Part shown: positions 8,706 through 16,777 of the stretch, one piece after another
Layout: every line of letters begins with the position of its first letter
How positions within the stretch are numbered: position 1 is the stretch's first letter
IMG/VR virus record: IMGVR_UViG_3300038321_000021
Coordinates: 1-53,116 of that record
Strand: one strand, 5' to 3'
Source of the DNA: a virus
DNA: 53,116 nt
The notes under the pieces: model-generated
Databases searched by the model: none
Told to the model about the DNA's origin: nothing
What the model saw: the letters and a program-made list of their open reading frames with translations, nothing else
Translations under genes and position numbers: made by a program

Positions 8706-9263
8706 TCACACAGTTTTTAAAACCAGTTGTGGTTTTTGACTCATACTGTCTGCTATCGAGTTGTATATTTTAGACACGTTTTGTAGATTCTGATTAAATT
8801 CCTCCAACAGCGAATCTAAATCGTCATCGAATTTAGAAATCACTTTTTCTTTTGCTTCGTCTTTGATCTCCTGTTTTAAATCCGAAATATCAATATTGGA
8901 TACTTGATCGCGTATTTCCTTAGTTACAGAAGTCTTAATGTTAGAAAAAGATTTGTCAACAGAGTCTTTAACTTCATTATGCAATGCAGAACTAACTTTG
9001 CGTATTGTTTCTCTAGATAAAGAATAAACAACAGCGTTAACTTCTCTACATACCGCTTTATCAATGGCCATATCTACGATCGACCGAGAAACTTCAACAT
9101 GGATTGTTTTTGACATCTGTTCAACCGATTCCTCGATTAACTCATATGCCTTCTTAACTTTTACTTTCGAATACCAAGAGTATCCTACGGCAATAACCCC
9201 TGTTATTAATGCCGCGATTCCCAATCTTTCCGAAGCATTCATGTGTTTACTCCTTACGCCCAT
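8706..9263 (-). CDS. Membrane-anchored coiled-coil protein
   Basis: Start moved to the internal ATG (MGVRSKHMN...) behind SD GAAAGGAGAAAAATT. TM segment LGIAALITGVIAVGYSWY. Confidence 0.65.
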   Translation of the reverse strand: MGVRSKHMNASERLGIAALITGVIAVGYSWYSKVKVKKAYELIEESVEQMSKTIHVEVSRSIVDMAIDKAVCREVNAVVYSLSRETIRKVSSALHNEVKDSVDKSFSNIKTSVTKEIRDQVSNIDISDLKQEIKDEAKEKVISKFDDDLDSLLEEFNQNLQNVSKIYNSIADSMSQKPQLVLKTV

Positions 9264-9359
9264 AATTTTTCTCCTTTCAAAAAGAAAAAGGAAAAGCACC
9301 CTGTTAAAGGTACTCTCCCTCGTTAGAACTCTGTTTTCTATTTACTTAGGTACATCAAG

Positions 9360-9599
9360 TTACTCATCGATTTCGGCATCGTCAAAATCATCAACTTCTG
9401 CGTTAATCCTTTGCTGTTCCTTCTTGGTTTTGATTTTAGCCATTACCGGTTTGATTACATACTTGTAAGCTACAAAGCCTCCAAGAACTGTCAAACCGAC
9501 ACCTGCTGCCACCTTAAAAACCTTTCCAGAACTCGCTGTTGCGATTTCCTCAGTTGTTTCAATAACCTCTTCGTTTACCATGATTTCGTTCGTATCCAT
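9360..9599 (-). CDS. Small membrane protein
   Basis: 79 aa with TM AAGVGLTVLGGFVAYKYV. SD GAAAGGAGAAAAAC. Confidence 0.65.
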   Translation of the reverse strand: MDTNEIMVNEEVIETTEEIATASSGKVFKVAAGVGLTVLGGFVAYKYVIKPVMAKIKTKKEQQRINAEVDDFDDAEIDE

Positions 9600-9636
9600 T
9601 TTGTTTTTCTCCTTTCAAATATAGAAAAGTCTATAT

Positions 9637-9667
9637 GTTCTCCATTAAAGACCGTGTTTTTTTCGCG
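9637..9667 (-). promoter_or_regulatory. Promoter-like motif, divergent instance (CGCGAAAAAAACACGGTCTTTAATGGAGAAC on minus strand)
   Basis: Shares CGCGAAAA..ACAC..TTWATGGA with the 30-nt motif family. Lies upstream of the 9360..9599 gene. Confidence 0.4.
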
Positions 9668-9677
9668 TACCCAAATG

Positions 9678-10472
9678 CTACCTGTTGTACTCATATCTGG
9701 GGGCAATTTGATAATCGACAACAAGACAAGGAGTGCCTTCGTCCGCTAACTGTGAGCTGAACTGCAAATCTATGTATCCGTGATCGATGTTCCATCCGAG
9801 ATCATCGCCGATGCTGGTGGGGTTAAGCCCGATTTCGTAATAGAACTCGTTAAGAGAAATATACATTTCATCTCTCATTTGTCGATTGAGTTCATTTTCT
9901 GCCTTTTTCAACTTATCGATATCGGATTTAAAATATCGTCCTGAGATCACATCATAACAGAGGGTATTACCTCTTTCGGTAATGATGATTTCTCGACTAC
10001 TAACTGGATCTCGATTAATCCTATCCTTCGCCACGGCATCTCTTACGGACTGTTCTTTTTTCTCACCGATGGCTTCGATTACTTTTCCTTGGTATTCTTT
10101 CAGAGCTGACTCGGATAGAGTATAGGCCGTCGCTAATGCAGCGTTACGACGAACGTTTACGGAGCTTGCACCAATCAGACAAGAGATTGATAAACATCCG
10201 GTTATAGCTGCCGGAATATAGCATTTCCAGGTAAGTCGAATAACATCTTTTATCGGAAGTGGAGTGCTCCCATAAATAAAGTTTTGGTCATTATCCGCAC
10301 GTTCAAGACGCTCGTTATTAATAATTTCTAGTGCCTTTGGTGTTGCTCTTACCGCCATTACGGTAGTTGTAACCATTCCAGCGATACCGATGCCTGTTAA
10401 TATCTCTGGACTATGTTTACTTATTGCCGTCCGTATACTTTTGGCAATTTTAGATAAGTTTGGTTTATTCAT
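9678..10472 (-). CDS. Membrane-anchored paralogue B
   Basis: SKHSPEILTGIGIAGMVTTTVMAVRATPKALEI; C-terminal LNEFYYEIGLNPTSIGDDLGW. Confidence 0.75.
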   Translation of the reverse strand: MNKPNLSKIAKSIRTAISKHSPEILTGIGIAGMVTTTVMAVRATPKALEIINNERLERADNDQNFIYGSTPLPIKDVIRLTWKCYIPAAITGCLSISCLIGASSVNVRRNAALATAYTLSESALKEYQGKVIEAIGEKKEQSVRDAVAKDRINRDPVSSREIIITERGNTLCYDVISGRYFKSDIDKLKKAENELNRQMRDEMYISLNEFYYEIGLNPTSIGDDLGWNIDHGYIDLQFSSQLADEGTPCLVVDYQIAPRYEYNR

Positions 10473-10503
10473 TTATTCATTTTTTCTCCTTTCAAATATT
10501 AAC

Positions 10504-10518
10504 GGGGCACAAGGCCCC
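10504..10518 (-). terminator. Weak terminator-like hairpin
   Basis: Minus strand GGGGCcttgtGCCCC followed by GTTAATATTT, after the stop of the 10523..11074 gene. Confidence 0.3.
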
Positions 10519-10522
10519 TAGA

Positions 10523-11074
10523 TTATTTAACCAACCAGAATACCGGACGAACTCCAATAGAGTCCGAAGCGCTGAGGTAGTTCGCATAGCCATTGTCGTA
10601 CACAAAAGCGAAATCAGCCGCAGAAACTTCTTTTTTCGTGGCGTTTTTCAGCCAGTACCACTCGTAGTCGTCATTGAAATCAACAATACGATTCTTTCTC
10701 TTTTTCATAAGAGGAAGCTGCTCGTCATCATCTGGTTCCATTACATCGTTGTACCAATCGTCGTGACCGAACATCTGTCCGTATGTAGGAATTGTAAGAT
10801 TGTCGATCCTGTCTCTTAAATCTTTCGGAAATGCTGCTAATAGAACATCGTTGATCCATTTACAAAGATCTGATTTCTCATAACCGCCTTTATTAGTGTA
10901 TTTTTTATTCATGGGCTGCTCCGCAACACAGTCATCAAATAAGAACAGCGTTCCTTTGTCGGTGATTTTCTGTGCAGTCGCAGTAAATTCGCCAAACCCC
11001 GTTAACTGAATGATTATTTGGTCTCCCACCTGAATACTACTTGTTTCTAACTCCTGTTTTCTTAATACCTTCAT
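10523..11074 (-). CDS. Hypothetical protein. The C-terminal WYWLKN...GVRPVFWL pattern resembles a Firmicute domain of unknown function (DUF6273, from memory).
   Basis: Start set to MKVLRK behind SD GAAAGGAGAAAAAACC. Motif YEWYWLKNA...ANYLSASDSIGVRPVFWL. Confidence 0.6.
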   Translation of the reverse strand: MKVLRKQELETSSIQVGDQIIIQLTGFGEFTATAQKITDKGTLFLFDDCVAEQPMNKKYTNKGGYEKSDLCKWINDVLLAAFPKDLRDRIDNLTIPTYGQMFGHDDWYNDVMEPDDDEQLPLMKKRKNRIVDFNDDYEWYWLKNATKKEVSAADFAFVYDNGYANYLSASDSIGVRPVFWLVK

Positions 11075-11112
11075 GGTTTTTTCTCCTTTCAAATATAAAA
11101 ATTTAATAGTGT

Positions 11113-11460
11113 TTATAAAAATAACAAAATGATATCATCAGCAACTTCTTTTGCGATGGAAAATATATGCCTATATTGTTTCTTGCAGCCGTCACACTTA
11201 TAAACTTCCATTTCTTCAATAAAACCTGCTATGATATCAACTGGCGGTATTGGTTCACGTGAAGATCCCGTGATGTGGGAGGGGAGACGTTCGGCCTCGT
11301 TGTTCAGACGGTCTATGATCTCGTAAGCTGCCCATCTTGCGTAACTAAGATCTTCAAAGTATTCTTTTGATTCTTTCGGATTGACTTGTCCGAGATAATC
11401 AGTAGCACATAAACGTTCATCTATGTACTTGCTAATTATAGATATTGCTATATCGCACAT
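11113..11460 (-). CDS. Hypothetical protein (start uncertain)
   Basis: The track ORF N-terminus reads through the upstream hairpin cassette. The first ATG after the cassette (MCDIAISIISKY...) is taken as the start; its SD is weak. Confidence 0.5.
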   Translation of the reverse strand: MCDIAISIISKYIDERLCATDYLGQVNPKESKEYFEDLSYARWAAYEIIDRLNNEAERLPSHITGSSREPIPPVDIIAGFIEEMEVYKCDGCKKQYRHIFSIAKEVADDIILLFL

Positions 11461-11509
11461 TTCCTGATTACGGATTCTGACCGCCTCCCTCCTTTCACGC
11501 AAAGAAAAA

Positions 11510-11527
11510 GAGTCCTTGTTAGGACTC
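11510..11527 (-). terminator. Cassette hairpin GAGTCCT-AACA-AGGACTC plus T-run
   Basis: Minus strand GAGTCCTAACAAGGACTCTTTTTCTTT. Contains the stop codon of 11519..11677. Confidence 0.6.
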
Positions 11528-11677
11528 CTCTCCATCTCTCTTGGCAAGCGCCTCATTTACTTTTTCCTCAATCTTTTCATCCATCTTCTTGTCATTAACC
11601 CAATCGGTTATGAGCGTTGCTCCCATTCCGATCGCGGTTGCCGCAATACCGAGGATTTTAATTAATTTACTGTTCAT
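11519..11677 (-). CDS. Small membrane protein (52 aa), not in supplied track
   Basis: MNSKLIKILGIAATAIGMGATLITDW...RDGEES. SD AAAGGAGG. Ends in GAG TCC TAA inside the cassette hairpin. Confidence 0.6.
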   Translation of the reverse strand: MNSKLIKILGIAATAIGMGATLITDWVNDKKMDEKIEEKVNEALAKRDGEES

Positions 11678-11693
11678 AAAGCAATTACCTCCT

Positions 11694-11720
11694 TTCATAA
11701 TAGTGGTTGTAAATCTTGCG
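11694..11720 (-). promoter_or_regulatory. Promoter-like motif, class B
   Basis: Minus strand CGCAAGATTTACAACCACTATTATGAAA, directly upstream of the SD of 11519..11677. Confidence 0.4.
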
Positions 11721-11728
11721 GACTAGCC

Positions 11729-12529
11729 TTAGTAATCAAACTTGTTCGGGTCCCAAAGGGCCGATATCACACAGCATTCCATACCATCATCCAATACGGA
11801 TTGACTGTTTTCGAAGTCGAGCCACATAATTCCGCCCTCCAAGAATTCGTCCATCGACCATCCGATTTCATCACCGTGATTGATTGGTTCTATTCCTAGA
11901 AACTCATAAAATTCATTGATTGTGGTGTCGCCACGCAAACAAAGATTTCGGTTAACATGATATTGAGCATTTAAAACAGCAGCCATTGTCGCCGTAAAAT
12001 ATCTCTGCGAAAACAGGTCATAACAAAGGATTTTTTCGCTTTCTAGATCTAAATCAGCGGAGTACACCGAATATCCATCTGCTGAAACATAAGTATCCTT
12101 CGCCATTTGTGCTTTGATTTTGGAATCCGCGTCCTCACCATAAACGGTATTTGCAGACTTTCTATACCGCTGATAGGATTCACTCAATAAGGCATAAGCA
12201 CTCGTTAATGACGCTTGGTTGCGCTTGTTTAGGGCGTTTATTCCGACTATACAGGTAATGGTTGATAGACCCACCAAGGCTGCTGGAATATAACATTGCC
12301 AACAGGATTGAACCGCTTCGAGTTTTGTGTAGGCATACGGATCTCCGTCATGATTTTGCCTACTGTCGGCTCTAATAAGATCCACGGCTTTTGGTGTGAC
12401 TTTAACGGCCATTACAGAGGTGGCCACAACACCGATTGCGCCTATACAAGTTAGAATAGTTGGGGAGGACCGTTTTAAATATGACTTTGATTTGCGAAGT
12501 AACCCGTTTAGTTTTTGAATTCCTTTCAT
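11729..12529 (-). CDS. Membrane-anchored paralogue C
   Basis: KRSSPTILTCIGAIGVVATSVMAVKVTPKAVDL; C-terminal INEFYEFLGIEPINHGDEIGW. Confidence 0.75.
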   Translation of the reverse strand: MKGIQKLNGLLRKSKSYLKRSSPTILTCIGAIGVVATSVMAVKVTPKAVDLIRADSRQNHDGDPYAYTKLEAVQSCWQCYIPAALVGLSTITCIVGINALNKRNQASLTSAYALLSESYQRYRKSANTVYGEDADSKIKAQMAKDTYVSADGYSVYSADLDLESEKILCYDLFSQRYFTATMAAVLNAQYHVNRNLCLRGDTTINEFYEFLGIEPINHGDEIGWSMDEFLEGGIMWLDFENSQSVLDDGMECCVISALWDPNKFDY

Positions 12530-12553
12530 GTTTTTTCTCCTTTCAAAATATAA

Positions 12554-12573
12554 GAGTCCCTGTTAAAGGACTC
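12554..12573 (-). terminator. Cassette hairpin variant
   Basis: Minus strand GAGTCCTTTAACAGGGACTC followed by TTATATTTT. Confidence 0.5.
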
Positions 12574-12650
12574 CAAGTTTTAGAGAATCAGTATCCGGTC
12601 ACATCAATTCGATGTCTTATACTTCCGTCTTTCACGGTTAGAACCAACTG

Positions 12651-12681
12651 TTTCTCCATAATATAAGTTGTAAATTTCGCG
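12651..12681 (-). promoter_or_regulatory. Promoter-like motif, class B
   Basis: Minus strand CGCGAAATTTACAACTTATATTATGGAGAAA, immediately after hairpin 12692..12709. Confidence 0.4.
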
Positions 12682-12691
12682 TAAAAAGAAA

Positions 12692-12709
12692 GAGTCCTTG
12701 TTAGGACTC
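12692..12709 (-). terminator. Cassette hairpin plus T-run
   Basis: Minus strand GAGTCCTAACAAGGACTCTTTCTTTTT. Contains the stop of 12701..12871. Confidence 0.6.
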
Positions 12710-12871
12710 AGTCTTATACCAATCAGGGTGTTTACGTTTCATTTCTTCTTGATACTCATCACTAAATAAAAACATCACTTTGGAAACTTCCCCAGCTAAA
12801 CATATTGGATTTAGTTTTTTTGGTGCATATTTATCCGCACAATGTTTAATTTTGTTAATATCAATTTTCAT
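12701..12871 (-). CDS. Small hypothetical protein (56 aa)
   Basis: Start set to MKIDINKIKH behind SD GAAAGGAGTG. Ends ...YKTES with the stop in the hairpin. Confidence 0.6.
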   Translation of the reverse strand: MKIDINKIKHCADKYAPKKLNPICLAGEVSKVMFLFSDEYQEEMKRKHPDWYKTES

Positions 12872-12883
12872 GAAATTCACTCC

Positions 12884-12911
12884 TTTCATAATAGAGAGTG
12901 TAAATTATGCG
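12884..12911 (-). promoter_or_regulatory. Promoter-like motif, class B
   Basis: Minus strand CGCATAATTTACACTCTCTATTATGAAA, upstream of the SD of 12701..12871. Confidence 0.4.
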
Positions 12912-12941
12912 TAAATTTATTAAAAACGACCTTTTTCACTT

Positions 12942-13130
12942 AAAAATAGCACAAAAATAAGCCAAATCGTTTCTAAGGCTCTTATTAGCCTATTTAAGCG
13001 ACTTTGCCTATTTTAATGACTTATACCATTAGTTAATCTTTTAATGTGCCTTAAAACAGAAAATATGAGGTCTTTTTTCTTGCAGTCTTTAAAAAATGTG
13101 CATTTTAGGTAATTTCCTTGTAATATTCAC
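12942..13130. repeat. Non-coding dispersed repeat, copy R1 (diverged homologue of 14016..14215)
   Basis: Shared colinear blocks: aaaaatagc, aaatcgNttctaaggc, ttattagcc, tgactNat, aggNcttttttctt, ttgtaata. Confidence 0.6.
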
Positions 13131-13134
13131 GTAG

Positions 13135-13176
13135 AAAAACGAAGAGAACGTGTAATCCACACGGCTCTCCGCTTCT
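13135..13176 (-). terminator. Imperfect terminator-like hairpin plus T-run
   Basis: Minus strand GAAGCGGAGAGCCGTGTGGATTACACGTTCTCTTCGTTTTTC, after the stop of 13192..13584. Confidence 0.4.
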
Positions 13177-13191
13177 TGAACTATTAAGCCT

Positions 13192-13584
13192 TTATTTCTT
13201 AGTTGGTTTAAAACGGTTAAATAAACCTCTAAATGTAGTAGAGGTGTAAGTTCCAGTTTCCTCGAACCTAAATCCTCTCTTCATCCAGGCAGCATAGAAT
13301 ATCATCGGCAATATGATACCTGCTGCTTCTAATCCCAATCTAAAATATCGATCTTTGATCTGTTCTTCCAACTGGTCCTTCTTAAGTATGTTATCGCTTT
13401 CACGAGTGTCATACTTTTCATTAAAGTCCCATTCGTTTTTAGTCTCCTCGATTCTCAATCGGTAAAGTTTAGCCAAGTCATCAATTGCTGTCGATTTCTC
13501 TTTGCTTCCCGGTTCCAAGGTAGATAAGTCTCGAATCTCCGTCTTAATCTCCTCTCCTAACAAATCTTTGATTTCTTCGTCCAT
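13192..13584 (-). CDS. Hypothetical protein with C-terminal TM segment
   Basis: Start set to MDEEIKDLLG behind SD GAAAGGGGAATAAGA. TM segment LEAAGIILPMIFYAAW. Confidence 0.6.
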   Translation of the reverse strand: MDEEIKDLLGEEIKTEIRDLSTLEPGSKEKSTAIDDLAKLYRLRIEETKNEWDFNEKYDTRESDNILKKDQLEEQIKDRYFRLGLEAAGIILPMIFYAAWMKRGFRFEETGTYTSTTFRGLFNRFKPTKK

Positions 13585-13620
13585 TCTTATTCCCCTTTCA
13601 ATAAACAATTTAATTAGTTC

Positions 13621-13647
13621 CATAAAAGAGAGTGTTATTCGTGCGGA
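13621..13647 (-). promoter_or_regulatory. Promoter-like motif, class B (overlaps the 3' end of the upstream ORF)
   Basis: Minus strand CCGCACGAATAACACTCTCTTTTATGG resembles the 12884..12911 instance. Confidence 0.3.
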
Positions 13648-13856
13648 ATGAAGCTTTTAATACTAACCCTAAACGTTACGTATTTCTTTTTATAAATATC
13701 TCTAATATCTTTTGACAGTTCTAAAAACAAATATGGATCGTCGTCCGAATCAGAAGTATCCACTCGAAGAGAGCCGACTGACCGAGTTCGAAATATAATC
13801 ATTGTAAGAATGCAACCTATTAATACTCCGATTCCAAATATAATAATTAACTGCAT
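13635..13856 (-). CDS. Small membrane protein
   Basis: 73 aa. N-terminal TM MQLIIIFGIGVLIGCILTMIIF. SD AAGGAGGG. Confidence 0.6.
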   Translation of the reverse strand: MQLIIIFGIGVLIGCILTMIIFRTRSVGSLRVDTSDSDDDPYLFLELSKDIRDIYKKKYVTFRVSIKSFIPHE

Positions 13857-13949
13857 AACGAACCCTCCTTATTTCTAACCGGGAATTTCTCACATATCAA
13901 AATAGCATTTTTTATAGTTACCTGCGTGCTGGAAAATAACAAAAAGAAA

Positions 13950-13968
13950 GAGCCCTTGATTAGGACTC
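13950..13968 (-). terminator. Cassette hairpin without an upstream ORF (orphan)
   Basis: Minus strand GAGTCCTAATCAAGGGCTCTTTCTTTTT. The GAG TCC TAA frame has no start codon upstream. Confidence 0.5.
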
Positions 13969-14015
13969 AATCTTGTATAAAGAACCGTAAAATGAGCAAA
14001 TTTATAGCAAAAATG

Positions 14016-14215
14016 ATAAAAATAGCTCTAAAAAAGGCTAAAATAAGAGAAATCGATTCTAAGGCCATTATTAGCCATTCTGAAGAGTTTAACCCCGTTT
14101 ATGACTAATCCATCGCGCACCCCGAAGAACGTGACTTAGAACGCATTTTAAAAGGACTTTTTTCTTAAAAGTTAAAATTTTTCCCATATTACCAGCCTTT
14201 TTGTAATAAAAGATA
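14016..14215. repeat. Non-coding dispersed repeat, copy R2
   Basis: Colinear with 12942..13130 (see R1). Confidence 0.6.
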
Positions 14216-14374
14216 TTAATTTCGCGTTTTATTCAATAACCAGAAAAAACGTCTGTATAATTCGTAGTAAATATCCCTGCAACACGGAATTTCTAATCTA
14301 GCTTTCAAATAATCGTAAGAAACTCCTTTCCATAAATATAACGATGCATATGCAGCTGAAGTAAACTGCTTTCT

Positions 14375-14671
14375 TTAGATTTCTTTAAAGACTTGGCAAA
14401 TTCGTCTTGAGTATTCATTGAATCTAACATTAACCTCTTTAGCCCACTCCATAGCCTCTTTCATATCGCCGTTAACCTCATGGCCCATTACGGCTTTAGC
14501 TGTGCACTGGGCTAGATTAAGGCTCGCTTGCGCCATCTCTAGCTGTATAAGCGAGCCCTCCTCCCTTAATGTCGCGTTCTTCTGCTCTTTATGTTGGCGT
14601 ACTCCGATAATTGCTACTCCTATAGTGCCACATGTTGATATCATCGCCACGATAATGCTGGTTACATCCAT
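14375..14671 (-). CDS. Membrane protein with N-terminal TM helix (holin-like position after the tail fibre genes)
   Basis: MDVTSIIVAMISTCGTIGVAIIGV followed by a helical soluble tail. Function not established. Confidence 0.55.
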   Translation of the reverse strand: MDVTSIIVAMISTCGTIGVAIIGVRQHKEQKNATLREEGSLIQLEMAQASLNLAQCTAKAVMGHEVNGDMKEAMEWAKEVNVRFNEYSRRICQVFKEI

Positions 14672-14701
14672 CCGTCACGCCCCTTCCATCAAACGGTTTA
14701 G

Positions 14702-14824
14702 TTAGACTGGATCACCTCCTTTTTCGGCATCAAGCATAGATTGAACTTCTGCTCTGTATCTTTCTGGTACTTTCTCTATAACTCGGCGACCTTCTGTAAC
14801 TAAAGTGTAATAAAGTTGTACCAT
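14702..14824 (-). CDS. Small conserved phage protein (40 aa), not in supplied track
   Basis: MVQLYYTLVTEGRRVIEKVPERYRAEVQSMLDAEKGGDPV. Its ATG directly abuts the upstream TAG. Resembles the short proteins found between tail fibre and holin genes in Firmicute phages (recollection, unverified). Confidence 0.55.
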   Translation of the reverse strand: MVQLYYTLVTEGRRVIEKVPERYRAEVQSMLDAEKGGDPV

Positions 14825-15142
14825 CTATTTAGTACCTCCTTCCACTAGTTCCCGTAGGGCTATTACCTCTTCGAACGTCGTAGCAAGAGCGTCCATTAGA
14901 ATTATGTTTTGTTCTTCGATACGAATAAGTTTTTCTTCGGTAGTTTCGGGAATGGGATCGGAATATGTTGGTTCTATTATTGGCGGCTCTAGAGCATCCC
15001 ATTCTTCCTGTGTTATTGGTATAAAATTATCATTTATCGGGTAATTATTGTCCGTTTTTATAAACGTACCCATATCAGTAACGACAATTTGTTTGACATA
15101 AATGTATTTGATTTGTTCGTCGTTATTAATTTTGAAAAACAT
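14825..15142 (-). CDS. Hypothetical protein (tail-module end)
   Basis: Start set to MFFKINNDEQ behind AAAGGGTGG. The upstream ATG at 15163 has no SD. Confidence 0.55.
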   Translation of the reverse strand: MFFKINNDEQIKYIYVKQIVVTDMGTFIKTDNNYPINDNFIPITQEEWDALEPPIIEPTYSDPIPETTEEKLIRIEEQNIILMDALATTFEEVIALRELVEGGTK

Positions 15143-15165
15143 CGTTTTTCCACCCTTTCTCATAA

Positions 15166-15801
15166 TTATTCTAGGGAATATAACGCAACGCCATAGACGT
15201 TATTAGTACCCACCCTAGCGCATTGTATTATTAGGGAAGTTTTAAAAGGGATACAAAAAGAACTGGGACTCACGGCAATATCAATAAATCTCGCTTGTGT
15301 TGTCGGTTTTGGCAAGGCAGTGTGTGAGGCTACCTGTAACCCGGGATTGAATGCCGATGCGTAATATGAACTGGTCCCTAATTGAGTACCAACAGATCCC
15401 GTATTCCCGTGGAATATTTCTACACCATCAACAATGATCTTATATTGTCCGCCATCCCCTGTGGCATTATAGTTTAAATGACCCAATGCTAAAAATTCAC
15501 CTTTTCCTCTTATATTTAAAACGTCGGTTAATGTTTCGGGGTCAATATTCCATTCTATTCTTTTCATCCCCCTAGGGCGTTGCGTCTTAACAAGTTCTCC
15601 AGATATAAAAGAACGTAACTCCTTCACCTTAGCATGCACACTCCCGGCCGCACTAGACGCGTCCGCGTTAGACCCAACGTTAACCTTTATAGTATCGATG
15701 ACGGTTTTACTAGAATTCACAATGGTTTTTACAGAATCGATTAAAACGTTCAACGGCGTAGAGAGATCGCTATTGACTGCTTTTTTTATTATAGGCCACA
15801 T
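15166..15801 (-). CDS. Putative tail fibre / receptor-binding accessory protein
   Basis: 211 aa, beta-rich composition. TAATG-coupled to the upstream fibre gene. Confidence 0.45.
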   Translation of the reverse strand: MWPIIKKAVNSDLSTPLNVLIDSVKTIVNSSKTVIDTIKVNVGSNADASSAAGSVHAKVKELRSFISGELVKTQRPRGMKRIEWNIDPETLTDVLNIRGKGEFLALGHLNYNATGDGGQYKIIVDGVEIFHGNTGSVGTQLGTSSYYASAFNPGLQVASHTALPKPTTQARFIDIAVSPSSFCIPFKTSLIIQCARVGTNNVYGVALYSLE

Positions 15802-16721
15802 TACACAACCACCTCCGTAATACTTCCATTCGCATTAAATATTGTAGTGATGACGGAATTTTTAATCACTGTTACTCCATCCGTATCGTAGACTGTCACG
15901 GATACCGTTATTGTCGTATCCGGGTTAAACACTGTTGTCCGTACAGCTATCGTGGTGAGACCTACAGTGGTAAATATAGTCTCTGTAATGTCACCATTCG
16001 CCTCGAATACTGTATTGCGTGTACAACCCGGTAACTCACCGATATTATCGAAGTTGAAAGTTTGTAATAACGTAATATCATCCTTGACGAGATCATACCA
16101 AGCTTGAATTGTAATTTGACGTCCGTCGAAGTCGTTTTGTTGCTCCGCCATCTGATCGACCCAATCTTGAGAATGTACGGTAAAAGCACTATTCCATTGG
16201 GCTAATAAAGGCGCACTGTCAAGAGTTTCAAGAATACCAGTGCTTAATGGACACGCCGCAGTACCAACACGATTAGTAATGTTGGCCGCGATAATCTCAG
16301 TAACGTTCGCTCCCACGTAGACGTTCGCTAAAGGGTATTGGTGTACTAATTCGGTATTTATAAGAGTAGGTGCGATCGGGTTAGTTGCGGGCGTACCCTT
16401 TATAACCTTTATGCTATTCGCCCTTACTTCCTCCGAAGCGTTAATCTCCAACACCACAGTGTCGAGACGATTAAGAACTATCTCGGCGGGCGCAATCGCG
16501 TGTAATGACGCTACTGAATTATATGTCCACGTATGATCGAACCACGCCCGTCCGGAGCCAACTGTAACTTGCATACCATTAGCCGCCGAAACAATGAATG
16601 CCTCACCAATGGACATAAACACTCCGTCATTAAGGATACCATCAAATATCGACGATATGTCAGCGGCGTCGTACGTTCGATCGCCATTTTGCGAGTTGTA
16701 GAATCCATATGTTAAAGCCAT
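15801..16721 (-). CDS. Putative tail fibre / receptor-binding protein
   Basis: 306 aa. N-terminus MALTYGFYNSQNGDRTYDAADISSIFDGILNDGV is typical of Firmicute siphophage fibre proteins (recollection). Position downstream of the tail hub. Confidence 0.5.
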   Translation of the reverse strand: MALTYGFYNSQNGDRTYDAADISSIFDGILNDGVFMSIGEAFIVSAANGMQVTVGSGRAWFDHTWTYNSVASLHAIAPAEIVLNRLDTVVLEINASEEVRANSIKVIKGTPATNPIAPTLINTELVHQYPLANVYVGANVTEIIAANITNRVGTAACPLSTGILETLDSAPLLAQWNSAFTVHSQDWVDQMAEQQNDFDGRQITIQAWYDLVKDDITLLQTFNFDNIGELPGCTRNTVFEANGDITETIFTTVGLTTIAVRTTVFNPDTTITVSVTVYDTDGVTVIKNSVITTIFNANGSITEVVV

Positions 16722-16777
16722 TTTTACCTCCTTACTACTAAACGGTTGCGTTTACACCAACTTTTAAAGTCGGTATA

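Noticed and set aside
13926-14108. 60-aa plus-strand ORF over repeat R2; it would be the only plus-strand gene
   Set aside because: It has no SD. The homologous repeat R1 has a stop after 17 codons and a shifted frame. The similarity is at nucleotide level, not protein level.
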